Assembly (NCBI GenBank): GCA_033764015.1
Contig: JANRJK010000014.1
Coordinates: 99,244 to 163,243, forward strand
Length of the DNA stretch: 64,000 nucleotides
Direction: 5' to 3'
Source: Candidatus Sumerlaeia bacterium
GTDB taxonomy: Bacteria > Sumerlaeota > Sumerlaeia > SLMS01 > JANRJK01
A program made the translations under genes and the position numbers. Numbering within the stretch: the stretch's first letter is position 1; each line of letters starts with the position of its first letter. The notes under the pieces are model-generated. The model did not search any database. It saw only the letters and a list, made by a program, of their open reading frames with translations, and was not told the DNA's origin. This document shows, piece by piece, positions 38,607-48,382 of this stretch.

Positions 38607-40259
38607 TCAGTTCCGCGAGTTCGGCACGTTGCGGTTCTTGGGCAGCGCGGTGCCGCGCTGGGTGAGCTGGTTGTAGAGGCTCCGCGCGTCGTTCAGGCGC
38701 GTGTTGAGGTCCATGCCGGTGACCGGCCCGAGGGAGGGGTCGATCTGCAGGGCGATCTCGAAGCGCTCGACGGCGCGCTTCGCGTTCTTGATCGCCTCCT
38801 GCTTGGGGCTGTAGGGGCGGGATCCGGACTCGACCTCGGTGTTGCGGAGCTGGTTCGAGAAGGCGAGCGCCTGGTTGTAGTACTCGATGCCCTGCTGGGC
38901 GATTTCGCGCCCCTGCTCGCGGCGGGCCTTCGCGGCGCGCTCCGCTTCCACGGAGGAGCGCTCGTAGATCTCCGAGGCGACGGCCACGAGGTCCGGGTAG
39001 GAGGTGTAGGTGGTGACGTAGCGCTGCGACATGTCGCGGGCGACCACCCAATTGCGCGCCTGGAGTTCCTCGCGCACCTCGGCGAGGCGCAGCTCCGCCT
39101 CCTCGCGGAGGATGCCGCGGAGCACCTCGTTGTCGGGGGCCACGCGGGCCAGGAACGCGGCCTCGGACTGGGCCAGCTCCGCGAGCCCCGCGTCGCGCAG
39201 GCGCTTCACGAGCGCGGCGCGGGTGTCGATGTCGGCGGGATCCGCCTCGCTCATCGCCTTGCGGAACTGGAGCACAGTGAGCTGCGTGGGGTCCTCCTCG
39301 GGGAAGTACTGCAGGAGCTTCTTCGTGCCTTCGATCGCGGGTTCGAAGTTCCCGGCGATGGTCTGGTTGAGGATCGCCTCGCGGAGCGAGGTGCGGAAGC
39401 GCTTGTCGTAGCCGAGCGAGCGGAAGCGCGGCGAGGCGGTGAGCTTCTCGAGGGGGCCGAGCGCCTCCTCGTAGCGGGCGAGCGTCGTGAGCAGGTCGGC
39501 GACCTTCGCGTTCAGCTCGAGGTTGTCGGGGTCGTTGCGGAGCTGGAGCAGGTAGGCTTCCAGGACCTGCGCGCGCTTCGACGGATCGTCCTTCCAGACT
39601 TCGAGGAGTTCGATGCGGGCGCGCTCGTTCTGCGGGTCGAGTTCGAGGACGCGGAGGTACTTCTCCTCGGCGCCCTTCACATCGAGCCGGTCGAGGCGCT
39701 GGAAGCCCCAGGCGAGGTAGAGGTCGACGAGGGCGAGCTGCGCGGCGGTGCGCTGGGATTCGTTGGGGCCCGCGGAGGCGACCTCCTTGAGGAGCACCTC
39801 GGCTTCCGCGAAGCGCTCCGCCTGGACGGCCTCGCGCGCCTTGACGATGCGGTCGTCGATCTGCGCCTGCTCGGCGCGGCGGGCCTCGGCGTCGCGCTCG
39901 GCGATGGCGGCTTCGGCGCGGCGCAGTCCGTCCTTCGACTCCGTGTCCTCCGGGTCCGTCGCGAGCGACTGCTTGAACGTCTCGACCGCGCGCTCGTAGG
40001 AGCGGGCGTCGAGAAGCTGCAGGCCGATGCGGCGGTAGTCGACCGAGTCGGCCTCCTCGACGATGTCCTGGATCTGGCGGCGCGGGATCTCGATGGTGCC
40101 GCTGCCGCGGACGAGGCGGATGCGGTCCGGCTTGGACTCGACGGCCTCGACCCTTCCGGCCAGTTCGGTGCCGTTGCTCATCACCACGATGTCAGCGCTG
40201 GCGGCGCCCGCCGCCAAGAGCGCGGCGGCGAAAATGGGGGTCAGGCGCAATGCGGTCAT
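38607..40259 (-). CDS. Exported TPR-repeat protein
   Basis: GGAGG RBS; signal peptide ending ASA/D; small N-terminal beta domain; multiple TPR-like repeats (LELDPQN, ALQIDP). Confidence 0.82.
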   Translation of the reverse strand: MTALRLTPIFAAALLAAGAASADIVVMSNGTELAGRVEAVESKPDRIRLVRGSGTIEIPRRQIQDIVEEADSVDYRRIGLQLLDARSYERAVETFKQSLATDPEDTESKDGLRRAEAAIAERDAEARRAEQAQIDDRIVKAREAVQAERFAEAEVLLKEVASAGPNESQRTAAQLALVDLYLAWGFQRLDRLDVKGAEEKYLRVLELDPQNERARIELLEVWKDDPSKRAQVLEAYLLQLRNDPDNLELNAKVADLLTTLARYEEALGPLEKLTASPRFRSLGYDKRFRTSLREAILNQTIAGNFEPAIEGTKKLLQYFPEEDPTQLTVLQFRKAMSEADPADIDTRAALVKRLRDAGLAELAQSEAAFLARVAPDNEVLRGILREEAELRLAEVREELQARNWVVARDMSQRYVTTYTSYPDLVAVASEIYERSSVEAERAAKARREQGREIAQQGIEYYNQALAFSNQLRNTEVESGSRPYSPKQEAIKNAKRAVERFEIALQIDPSLGPVTGMDLNTRLNDARSLYNQLTQRGTALPKNRNVPNSRN

Positions 40260-40371
40260 CGGGGTGCCTCCAAAGGCGGAATGCGGCGTCCGGCGACGAA
40301 TCGGACCGTGGCGGAGTCTGCGGAGTTGGGTCCAAGGCGAAGCCACCGCGGGCTGCCCGGCCAAGCGAAAG

Positions 40372-41976
40372 CTACTCGCGCGCCCCCCGCGACGCGAGCC
40401 AAACCGCTCCGCCGCCCCCCCCGAGCGCCAGGAGCGCGCCGATGGCGCCCAGCCCGCGGAGCCACCACGGCAGCCTCCGCTCCGGCATGGGCGGCGGGGC
40501 GCCGGGCTGGTTCGAGAAGAGGAGGACGGACGATTTGCCGGGGTACTCCTCGCCGCCCGCGAGCAAGTGGACGGGGGCGTCGGCCGGGAGCGCGGCCCGC
40601 AGCCGGGCCTCCTTGCGGACGGCGGCGACGACACGCCCGGGGCCGGCCCACTCCCCCGCCACCGCTGCCAGCTTCTCCACCGGGCGCATCACCCCGAGGT
40701 GGTATTGGAGGGCGTAGGGCGCCTCGACGAAGCGGACCTCCGGCGAGCCTCCCGCCTCCGCGCGGATCGCGGAAGCAAGCCGCTCCATGTTGGCGGAGGC
40801 GATCAGGTCGCGGTCGCCGCGCGCCTCGAGGCGGGCGGCGGCGGACAGGATGGCGGCCGCGGCGAGGGCCGCGGCGGCGAACGCGGGGACCGCGCGCGGC
40901 CCGAGGCGCGTCAGGAGGCGCCCGGCGCCGAGGCGCTCCGCGGCCCAACCGGCCAGCAGCATCCCGCCGGGCATCAGCGGCATCAGGTGGTCGGCGCGCT
41001 GGTGCGGGAAGACCGAGAAGAAGGCCACACCCCCAAGCACTCCGCAGGCTAGGAAACGGAGCAGGAGGCGCGCGGCGCGGTCCTCCGGCGGGTGCTTCCA
41101 CAGGAGCCATAGGGCCGCGAGGAAGAGCGGCGCCCACGGCAGCGTGCGCGAGAGGTAGTAGAGCGAGGGCTTGAAGAGCTTGGCGAAGAAGCCGACGGCG
41201 TCGAACTTCTTCACCGCGTGGCCGACGAGCTCGTCGCCGATCTGCTTCTCCACCAGCGCGTCGCCGAGCACGCCGTACGCCGCGAGGAACCAGCCCGCTG
41301 TAATGGCCACGTAGAGCGAGATGCCCGCGGCGTGGCCCCCGCGGACGGGGGCCGCGGCGTGCGTGCGGCGCTCCCAGAGCGACGCGAGCAGGCCCGCGGC
41401 GGCCAGCGGCAGCGCGATGGGGGCTTTCGCCAGCGTCGCCGCCGCCAGCGCCAGCCACGCCCACGTCCAGCCGCGCCCCGAAACCCAAGCGCGCCACACC
41501 AAGATGGACGCGAGGAACGTGGTGCCCATGAAGAGCGGGTCGGTGCGGACGAGGCCGAGGGCCTTGAGCCCGTACGGGTTCAACAGCGCGGCGAAGGCCC
41601 CGAGCAGTCCCGCCGCGGGCGTCAGCCAGCGCCATCCAATCACGAGCACCAAGGCGGCGGAGAGCAGCACCGCGAGCGCCGACGGCGCCACCAGCGCGAG
41701 GCGGTTCACCCCGCCCAGGGCGAGCGCGAAGGCGCCGGTGATCCAGGTCGCGAGCGGCGGCTTGGACATCACCGCGCCCTCGTGGTCGCGCATCACGATC
41801 CAATTGCCGTTGGCGTAGGCGTCCATCGCGTAGGCGGCGACCTTCTCCTGGTCGTTCGCCATGAGGTCGGGCGGACCGAGGAGCTTGGCGAGCAGCAGCG
41901 CGGCCCATGCGAAGAGGAGGAGCCCCGCGGCGGCGCGCGGGCTGATCGGGAAGGTGCGGGGGGTGCCGTTCGACAT
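40372..41976 (-). CDS. ArnT-like (GT-C) membrane glycosyltransferase
   Basis: NDQEK...GNWIV...SKPPLATW, RTDPLF, LAKAPI, HQRADHLMPLMP. Confidence 0.8.
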   Translation of the reverse strand: MSNGTPRTFPISPRAAAGLLLFAWAALLLAKLLGPPDLMANDQEKVAAYAMDAYANGNWIVMRDHEGAVMSKPPLATWITGAFALALGGVNRLALVAPSALAVLLSAALVLVIGWRWLTPAAGLLGAFAALLNPYGLKALGLVRTDPLFMGTTFLASILVWRAWVSGRGWTWAWLALAAATLAKAPIALPLAAAGLLASLWERRTHAAAPVRGGHAAGISLYVAITAGWFLAAYGVLGDALVEKQIGDELVGHAVKKFDAVGFFAKLFKPSLYYLSRTLPWAPLFLAALWLLWKHPPEDRAARLLLRFLACGVLGGVAFFSVFPHQRADHLMPLMPGGMLLAGWAAERLGAGRLLTRLGPRAVPAFAAAALAAAAILSAAARLEARGDRDLIASANMERLASAIRAEAGGSPEVRFVEAPYALQYHLGVMRPVEKLAAVAGEWAGPGRVVAAVRKEARLRAALPADAPVHLLAGGEEYPGKSSVLLFSNQPGAPPPMPERRLPWWLRGLGAIGALLALGGGGGAVWLASRGARE

Positions 41977-42025
41977 TTCGCCCGCAAGCGTCCGCGCGCG
42001 CGCGGCGGGCGGCAAGGGCGGCGCG

Positions 42026-45000
42026 CTACTCGACGGGTAGTGCTTCGAGCGCTTGCCGCGCCTCCCCCGCGGACTTCGCCGCGGCCCCGGCCCCGCCGCG
42101 GTCGAAGACGGCCACGGCTTCCTCGAGCGCCTCCCGGGCACCGGCGGCGTCGCCCAGGTCGCGCAGGGCGAAGCCGAGTGCTTGGAGGCACTCGACGAGA
42201 TCGCCGGGGGAAGGGGTAGGGGCGGTGCGGAAGAACGCGGCCGCGGCAAGAAGCTCGTCCGCGGCCTCGCGTTTGCGCCCCTGCCCCGCGAGCGCGTTGG
42301 CGAGGTGTCGACGGGTGAACGCCTCGAAGCGCGGTGCGTTGGGCGTGTTCTCGCCCTGGTAGATCGCCACCATCGGGCGGAGGTAGGACTCCGCCTCCGC
42401 ATGGCCGCCGGTCCGGTTGAGGGAGACGGCGAAGTTGGCGCGGCGCATCGCAAGTTCGCGGGAGTCCGGGCGAAGCAACCGCTCGCCAAGGGCGATGGCG
42501 GCGCGGAAGTAGGGTTCCGCGGCGGCGTCGTCGCCGCCCTTCGACACGTACTCGGCAATGAGGTTGTGGAGGACGCCGACCTCGAGCGATTCGGCGCCAA
42601 AGGTTTCGATCTCGAATGGGAATCCGGCGATGAGGACTTCGCCGGCCTCGCGGAACCGCCCGGTGGAGGCGAGCGCCTTCGCGCGTTCGCGGACCGTGTT
42701 GGCGGCGTTGTCCGGGTTGCCGTCGCGGATGGCGCAGTCACGAGCGCGCTCGAAGTCCGCCGCGCCCTCGTCCAGGCGGCCGAGCCGGACGAGCGCGGCT
42801 CCGCGGGCGAGGAGGAAGCTGCGGAAGCGCAAGTCCACAGGATCTCCGAGCGCTTCGGAGAAGACCTCGATGGCGAGCGTGGCCGCTTCGAGGGTCGCGT
42901 CGTCGTTCCCGGCGGCGGCGGTCGCGAGCGCCAAGGTTTGGACCGCGCCGAGGGTGCGCGGGTGGGTCCGCCCGAGGGTGGCGACGAAGGTCTCGTAGCC
43001 CTGGCGGGCGGGCGCGACGCCCTCGGCGGACCGCCCGAGGCTGTGGAGGACCGCCGCGATGCCCATCAGGGACGCCGCCGTTTGCGGGCTCTCGGGGCCG
43101 TAGATCGATTCGGCGATGGCGAGCGAGCGCCGCATGTTGGCGATCGCCTCGTCGTGGCGGCCGAGGGCGCGCTCCGCCGCGGCGAGATTGTGGACGGCGG
43201 CGTGGGTCTCCGGATGGACCGGGCCGTTGACCGCCTCTTGGATCTCGAGGGCGCGGAGGAGGAGTTCGTAAGCTTCGCTTGGAGCCCCCTGGAGGAGGCG
43301 CGCGGCCGCAAGGTTGCTGATGGACTGCGCGTACTCTTCGGAGTCCGGGCCGGCGAGCCGTTCGCGCACTTCGAGCCCCTTGCGGAACTGGGCCTCGGCC
43401 TCGGGGTAGCGCTTCTCCTGGTGGTAGAGCTGGCCGAGCTCGTCCTCGACGGCGGCGGCGAGCAGGCTGTCGACGCCCTCCTCGGCGCGCGCGGCGTCGA
43501 GCGCCTCGCGCAGGTGGCGCTCCGCCTCCGCGGGCCGGAGGCTTTCCCGCTGCGACTTCGCGGCGGTACGGAGGGCTTCGATGAGCGCGGGGCGTCCCGC
43601 GTCGCCCAGGCGGCGCGCGGCGGCGAGCGTGTTGGTGGTGACCGCCAGCGCGTTGTCGTGGCGGCGGAGCGCCGCGTAGCGCTCCGCCAGCGTGATGGTG
43701 TCGTCGATCCACTCGGGCTCCATCAGGGCCACCGCATCGCCGAAGCGGCGGATCGCTTCGGGCGAGGAGGGGTCGACGCGGCGGGCGACGTAGGCGGCGA
43801 GGGCGAGGGCCTTGTCGTACAGCGGATGGCGCTCGCCGTAGGCGGCGCGGGCGGCGGCGGCGGCGCTGTCGAAGGCGGTGGTGGCCTCGACCGGCCTGCC
43901 GGCGCGAAAGAGCGCCATGCCCTCGCCGAGGAGCGGCTCCGGCATGCCGGGGCGGAGCGCGGCGCAGGCGCGGTAGAGCTCACGCGCGGCAAGGGCGCCG
44001 TCCGCGTCCTCGGCGGAGTGGAAGGCGAGGTGCGCACCGCCGAGCAGGAGCGTGAAGGGCTCCGGATCGAGCACGGCGCCGGCAGGCAGCAGCGGAAGGA
44101 GCGCGTCGCGCTCGCGGGCCAGCGCGTCCCGCTCCGCGAGGAGCGACGCGGCGGCGGCGCGGTCGATGCGCGCGCGGCGCTCCGGCGTGTCGAGGTCCGT
44201 CTGCTCGGGCGCGGGAATGGCGGCTTCAAGGCGGGCGGCGAGGTCGAGTTCGCGCGACCGCAGCTCGTTGATGCGGGCGAAGACGCGCTGGAGGTTCTCC
44301 TGGTCGCGGCGGCGCTCCTCGGCGCGGAGCGCCCGCTGCTGGGCGATGGAGGCGCGCCAGGCGAAGGCGCCGGCGGCGGCCAGCAGCACGAGCGCGGCGG
44401 CGGCGAATCCCCGCGCCAGCATGCGGGCCCGGCGGCGGCGCCCGTGCGCCTGCGCCAGCGCGCGCTCCAGCTCCGGGGCCGGCTCCGCGCCGGAGAGCTG
44501 GTCGATATGCAGACGGGCCCAGAGCAGGTCGCCCTGGGCGATTTCCTCGCGGGCCCAGCCGCCGAGGTTGCGCGCGCGGAGCGCGCCGGCGGCGGGGTTC
44601 TCCGCCCAGAGCCGGAGCGACTGCTCGAGCAGCTCCCCCGCCTCGCGGTGCGCCGCGTAGCGCGATTCCGCGGTGGCGCGGCCGGGGCCCTCGAGCAGCG
44701 CGGCGGCGCGGGCCGAGAGGGCCTCGGAGTCGCGGCGGCGCGTGGCGCCGGTCGTGAAGCCGCGCACCTCCTCGACGAACTCGAGCGCGGAGGCGTGCCG
44801 GTCGCGCGGCTCGCGCGCGAGCGCGCGGAGGCAGACGCGCTCCAGCTCCTCCGGGATGCGTTGCTCCGGGGCGCGCTTCGAGGGGAGTTCGAAATCGCAC
44901 TCGCGCGCCTTCGCGAACGCTTTGTTCGCGGTGTCGGAGTCGAACGGGAAGCGCCCCGTGAGAATGAAGTAGAGCGTGCCGCCGAGGAGGAAGACGTCGG

Positions 45001-45847
45001 TCCAGGGGCCGATGCCCTCGGCGGAGCGGAAGGTCTGCTCCGGCGCCATCAGCGCGGGCGTGCCGGCGGGGTTCGAGGCGGTCGCGGGCGAGGGGAGGCT
45101 GTCGAGCAGCATGGGGCGCAGCTCCTCCTCCGCGTCGCCGACGATGAGCGCGAGGCCCCAGTCCATGAGCTGCACTTCGCCGTAGGCGCCGACCATCACC
45201 TGGGAGGGCTTGAGGTCGCGGTGGACGACGCCGCGGGAGTGGGCGAAGGCGACCGCCTGCGCGGTGGAGACCAGGATCGGGAGGTGGCGCGCGAGGCGCT
45301 CCTCCATCGGCAGCGACTCGAAGTCCTGCCGGAGCTGCCGGTCCCAGGAGGCGCCCGCGACCAGCTTCATCGCCATCAGCGGGCGCCCGGCGGTGTCCTG
45401 GCCGAGGTCGTGCACGGGGACGATGTTCGGGTGCTCGAGGCGGGCGGAGATGACGGCCTCCTGGCGGAAGCCTCGGGTGCGCTCGGCGCGCGACTGCGGG
45501 TCGCCCTCGTCGCCGCGGAGCCGCTTCACCGCGACGACGCGCCCGAGCGACACCTGCACCGCCTCCCAGACCTCGCCCATGCCGCCGCGCCCGATGACGC
45601 GGCGCAGTTCGTAGCCGGGGCCGGGGGGCGAGAGCTCCTCCGTCGGCGCGTCGTTCACCCGCCAGACGGTCGAGCCGCCGGCGGGCAGCGGCGCGGTGTC
45701 GCGCGAGCCGGCGCCAAACTCCGCCGTCGCCCCGCTGTCCGCGGGGTCCGGCGTGCGCGGGATGTAGGACTGTGTCGGGTCCTGCGGCAGATCCGCTGGT
45801 GGCGGGGTTTGCGGGGCCGGTTCGGAGTCGTTGCCGGGGCGGTCCAT
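42026..45847 (-). CDS. Hanks-type Ser/Thr kinase with TM and C-terminal TPR repeats
   Basis: IGRGGMGEV, VAVK, HPNIVPVHD, HRDLKPSQ, DWG, GTPALMAPEQ, DVFLLG; kinesin-light-chain-like TPRs. Confidence 0.92.
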   Translation of the reverse strand: MDRPGNDSEPAPQTPPPADLPQDPTQSYIPRTPDPADSGATAEFGAGSRDTAPLPAGGSTVWRVNDAPTEELSPPGPGYELRRVIGRGGMGEVWEAVQVSLGRVVAVKRLRGDEGDPQSRAERTRGFRQEAVISARLEHPNIVPVHDLGQDTAGRPLMAMKLVAGASWDRQLRQDFESLPMEERLARHLPILVSTAQAVAFAHSRGVVHRDLKPSQVMVGAYGEVQLMDWGLALIVGDAEEELRPMLLDSLPSPATASNPAGTPALMAPEQTFRSAEGIGPWTDVFLLGGTLYFILTGRFPFDSDTANKAFAKARECDFELPSKRAPEQRIPEELERVCLRALAREPRDRHASALEFVEEVRGFTTGATRRRDSEALSARAAALLEGPGRATAESRYAAHREAGELLEQSLRLWAENPAAGALRARNLGGWAREEIAQGDLLWARLHIDQLSGAEPAPELERALAQAHGRRRRARMLARGFAAAALVLLAAAGAFAWRASIAQQRALRAEERRRDQENLQRVFARINELRSRELDLAARLEAAIPAPEQTDLDTPERRARIDRAAAASLLAERDALARERDALLPLLPAGAVLDPEPFTLLLGGAHLAFHSAEDADGALAARELYRACAALRPGMPEPLLGEGMALFRAGRPVEATTAFDSAAAAARAAYGERHPLYDKALALAAYVARRVDPSSPEAIRRFGDAVALMEPEWIDDTITLAERYAALRRHDNALAVTTNTLAAARRLGDAGRPALIEALRTAAKSQRESLRPAEAERHLREALDAARAEEGVDSLLAAAVEDELGQLYHQEKRYPEAEAQFRKGLEVRERLAGPDSEEYAQSISNLAAARLLQGAPSEAYELLLRALEIQEAVNGPVHPETHAAVHNLAAAERALGRHDEAIANMRRSLAIAESIYGPESPQTAASLMGIAAVLHSLGRSAEGVAPARQGYETFVATLGRTHPRTLGAVQTLALATAAAGNDDATLEAATLAIEVFSEALGDPVDLRFRSFLLARGAALVRLGRLDEGAADFERARDCAIRDGNPDNAANTVRERAKALASTGRFREAGEVLIAGFPFEIETFGAESLEVGVLHNLIAEYVSKGGDDAAAEPYFRAAIALGERLLRPDSRELAMRRANFAVSLNRTGGHAEAESYLRPMVAIYQGENTPNAPRFEAFTRRHLANALAGQGRKREAADELLAAAAFFRTAPTPSPGDLVECLQALGFALRDLGDAAGAREALEEAVAVFDRGGAGAAAKSAGEARQALEALPVE

Positions 45848-45921
45848 TTGAGCGGCCTCGCTGGGATTGCGTAAGGCTGCGGTGTCGGTCCGTCCCCGGC
45901 AACGGAATTCCGGGAAAACCC

Positions 45922-47163
45922 TTACTGCTCCGGCGCCATGAGGAGCTTGCCGATGTCCTTCAGCGGCGGCGTCTTTCCCTGCATCAGGAGGGCGACGCGG
46001 AAGAGCTTGGAGGCTCCCATGTAGATGAGGGGCAGCGTGGCCGCGAGGATCGCGAGGCTCGCGGCGGTCTGCCAAGGCGGCACCGTGGTCAGCCCCATCA
46101 GCGCCGGCATCGTGATCGGCGAGGTGAGCGGGATCAGGGAGAGCGCCAGGGACACCGGGCCGTCGGGCTCGCGCATGACCAGCGACAGGCAGACCATCGC
46201 GGTGATGATCGGCAGGAAGACCGGCAGCGAATACTGCTGCGCGTCCTGCAGCGAATTGCACATCGCCCCCACCGCCGACAGCAGCAGCGCATACAGGAAG
46301 TAGCCGAGCACGAAGTAGACGGCGGTGAAGAGGTACATGGACGCCGGGGCGGCCAGCAGGATCGTCAACATGCCCGGGCGCACCTCGCGCACGATGAACA
46401 CCACGGCGACCCAGATGGCGACCTGCGTGATCGCCACCATGCCGATGCCGACCACCTTGCCGAGCAGGATCTGCCGCGGGGAGGAGGCGCTCAGGAGCAG
46501 CTCCATCACGCGCGACGCCTTGTCCTCGATGAAGCCGTTCATGATCATGCCGCTGTAGATCGCGATCATCATGTAGAGGGCGAACATGCTGCCGAAGCCG
46601 ATGAGGAGGCGCTGGCCGGCGGACTGCTCCTTGCCCGTGATATCCTCCAGGTCGAGATCGACGGTGGCGAGGATCGCGGAGACATCGGCGCGGGGGATGC
46701 CGCGGTCGCGCAGCTTGCGCTCGCGGACGATCTTCGTCAGCTCGTCTTCGAGCCAGCGCTGCACCTGGTGGTCGGTGATGTTCTTGGCCTTGAACTGGAC
46801 CGTCTGGGTTTCCAGCACGTCCTCGGGGACGATAATGAGCGCGGAATAGGTGCCCTCCTTGATCGCCTTCTCCGCGGCTTCGACCGCTTCGGGCGTGTCC
46901 TCGACGTACTTGAAGATGTACTGCTTGGTGCCCTTGAGGACTTCGAGCGGGTTGCTGCGGGCCCAAGTGAGGCGCAGGGCCACGCCGAGGCCGGACCGGT
47001 CGATGATACCGAAGTCCTGCGCCTTCTCGCGCTGCGAGAGGTAGATCTGGCCGAACAGCATCAGGAACATGCCGAGCGGCACCAGGAAGGTCGAGATGAG
47101 GAAAGACTTCTTCCTCACCATCACCAGGTACTCGCGGAGGATGATGACGAGTGACTTGTTCAT
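45922..47163 (-). CDS. ABC-2 permease (NatB/YhaP-like)
   Basis: IILREYLVMVRKKSF, EDKASRVMELLLS, GKVVG, LSLIPLTSPI. Confidence 0.9.
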   Translation of the reverse strand: MNKSLVIILREYLVMVRKKSFLISTFLVPLGMFLMLFGQIYLSQREKAQDFGIIDRSGLGVALRLTWARSNPLEVLKGTKQYIFKYVEDTPEAVEAAEKAIKEGTYSALIIVPEDVLETQTVQFKAKNITDHQVQRWLEDELTKIVRERKLRDRGIPRADVSAILATVDLDLEDITGKEQSAGQRLLIGFGSMFALYMMIAIYSGMIMNGFIEDKASRVMELLLSASSPRQILLGKVVGIGMVAITQVAIWVAVVFIVREVRPGMLTILLAAPASMYLFTAVYFVLGYFLYALLLSAVGAMCNSLQDAQQYSLPVFLPIITAMVCLSLVMREPDGPVSLALSLIPLTSPITMPALMGLTTVPPWQTAASLAILAATLPLIYMGASKLFRVALLMQGKTPPLKDIGKLLMAPEQ

Positions 47164-48113
47164 GCGCCGGCCTCCTCGGGGATGAAGCCGCTTTCCACGA
47201 GGCCTCGGTCGATGCCGCCGACGCGTTCGAGGAAGATGTCGTTGAGCGAGGGCTCGGCGAGGGTGAAGCCCTCAACGCGGGCGCCGCTGCGGACGAGGTG
47301 CGCGAGGACCTCTTGCGCGCGGGAGCGGTCGTCGATGCGGAAGCGCCAGACCCCTTCGCGGGGCTGGCGGCCCGGCTCGACGCCGGGGTAGCCGCGTAGC
47401 GCCCCCTCGACGCCCTCGCCGGCGATGTCGAGCTTCGAGCCGCCGTAGGAGGCGCGCACTTCCGACAGCTTGCCCTGCACCACGGCGACGCCCTTGCGCA
47501 GCATGATCACCTCGTCGAGCAGCCGCTCCGCCTGTTCCAGCACATGGGTGGAAAAGATGATCGCCTTCCCCTCGCGGCGCTTTTCGAGGACGATCTCCTC
47601 GAACAAGTGGCGGTTCACCGGGTCGAGTCCGCTGAAGGGCTCGTCGAGGATCAGGATGTCGGGGTCGTGCAGCAGCGTGGCGATGAACTGCACCTTCTGC
47701 TGGTTGCCCTTGGAGAGTTCCTGGATGGGGGACTTGTGGCGGTCCGCGAGGTCGAAGCGTTCGAGCCAATTCGCGGCCCGCGGGCGGATCGCGGAGCGCT
47801 CGCAGCCGCGCAACATGCCGATGAAGAACAGGAAGTCAATCACCGGCATCTTGGGATAAAGGCCGCGCTCCTCGGGGAGGTAGCCGATGCGGTCGCGCGT
47901 GTCGCGCGTGATCGGCCCGCCGAGGATCGAGACCGTGCCGCCGTCGGAGCGGATCATGCCGAGGGCGATGCGGATCGTGGTGGTCTTGCCGGCGCCGTTG
48001 TGGCCTAGGAGGCCCAGCAGCGTGCCGGCGCGCAGGTCGAAGCTGAGGTTGTCGACGGCGGCACGGCCTTCGTAGCTCTTGCGCAGGTTTCGGATTTCGA
48101 TCGGGTGCGGCAC
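47160..48113 (-). CDS. ABC-2 ATP-binding protein (NatA/YhaQ-like)
   Basis: GHNGAGKTT, GYLPEERGLY, LSKGNQQKVQ, LDEPFSGLDP, EPSLNDIF; GTG start 48113. Confidence 0.92.
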   Translation of the reverse strand: MPHPIEIRNLRKSYEGRAAVDNLSFDLRAGTLLGLLGHNGAGKTTTIRIALGMIRSDGGTVSILGGPITRDTRDRIGYLPEERGLYPKMPVIDFLFFIGMLRGCERSAIRPRAANWLERFDLADRHKSPIQELSKGNQQKVQFIATLLHDPDILILDEPFSGLDPVNRHLFEEIVLEKRREGKAIIFSTHVLEQAERLLDEVIMLRKGVAVVQGKLSEVRASYGGSKLDIAGEGVEGALRGYPGVEPGRQPREGVWRFRIDDRSRAQEVLAHLVRSGARVEGFTLAEPSLNDIFLERVGGIDRGLVESGFIPEEAGA

Positions 48114-48118
48114 GGGCG

Positions 48119-48188
48119 GGGGGCCTTCCGTGGGCTGGGCGCGGACGGCGCGCCGTGGCAAGGTACGCGCGGCGGGCGGTTTGCTTCA
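48119..48188. repeat. 70-bp imperfect direct repeat, copy A (carries the putative promoter of the ABC operon)
   Basis: 65/70 identical to 49963-50032; minus strand reads TTGAAG-18 nt-TACCTT (sigma70-like; the first T lies just outside the repeat). Confidence 0.9.
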
Positions 48189-48382
48189 AGGCGGAGCGCG
48201 TCGAGCCAGGCGATTCCGCCGCGTCGCCAAACCGGGTCCTCAAAGCGCGGGGATCGACAGTCAACCCAAGAAAAATCAAACAACAGCAAAAAAAAAAAAA
48301 TACTTCTTGAACCGACCGCGAATTCCGGCGATGCTCGTCACAAGCTTGACTTAACCAGCAACCATTCGGAGACGCAACAGTC

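Noticed and set aside
42026..47275. Very long track ORFs (1749 aa here; also 16889-20458, 51365-54964, 4309-6882, 24371-27187, 21577-23715) as giant fusion proteins
   Set aside because: Their N-terminal parts are off-frame or antisense read-through of neighbouring genes, as expected when stops are rare at high GC; real starts were reassigned
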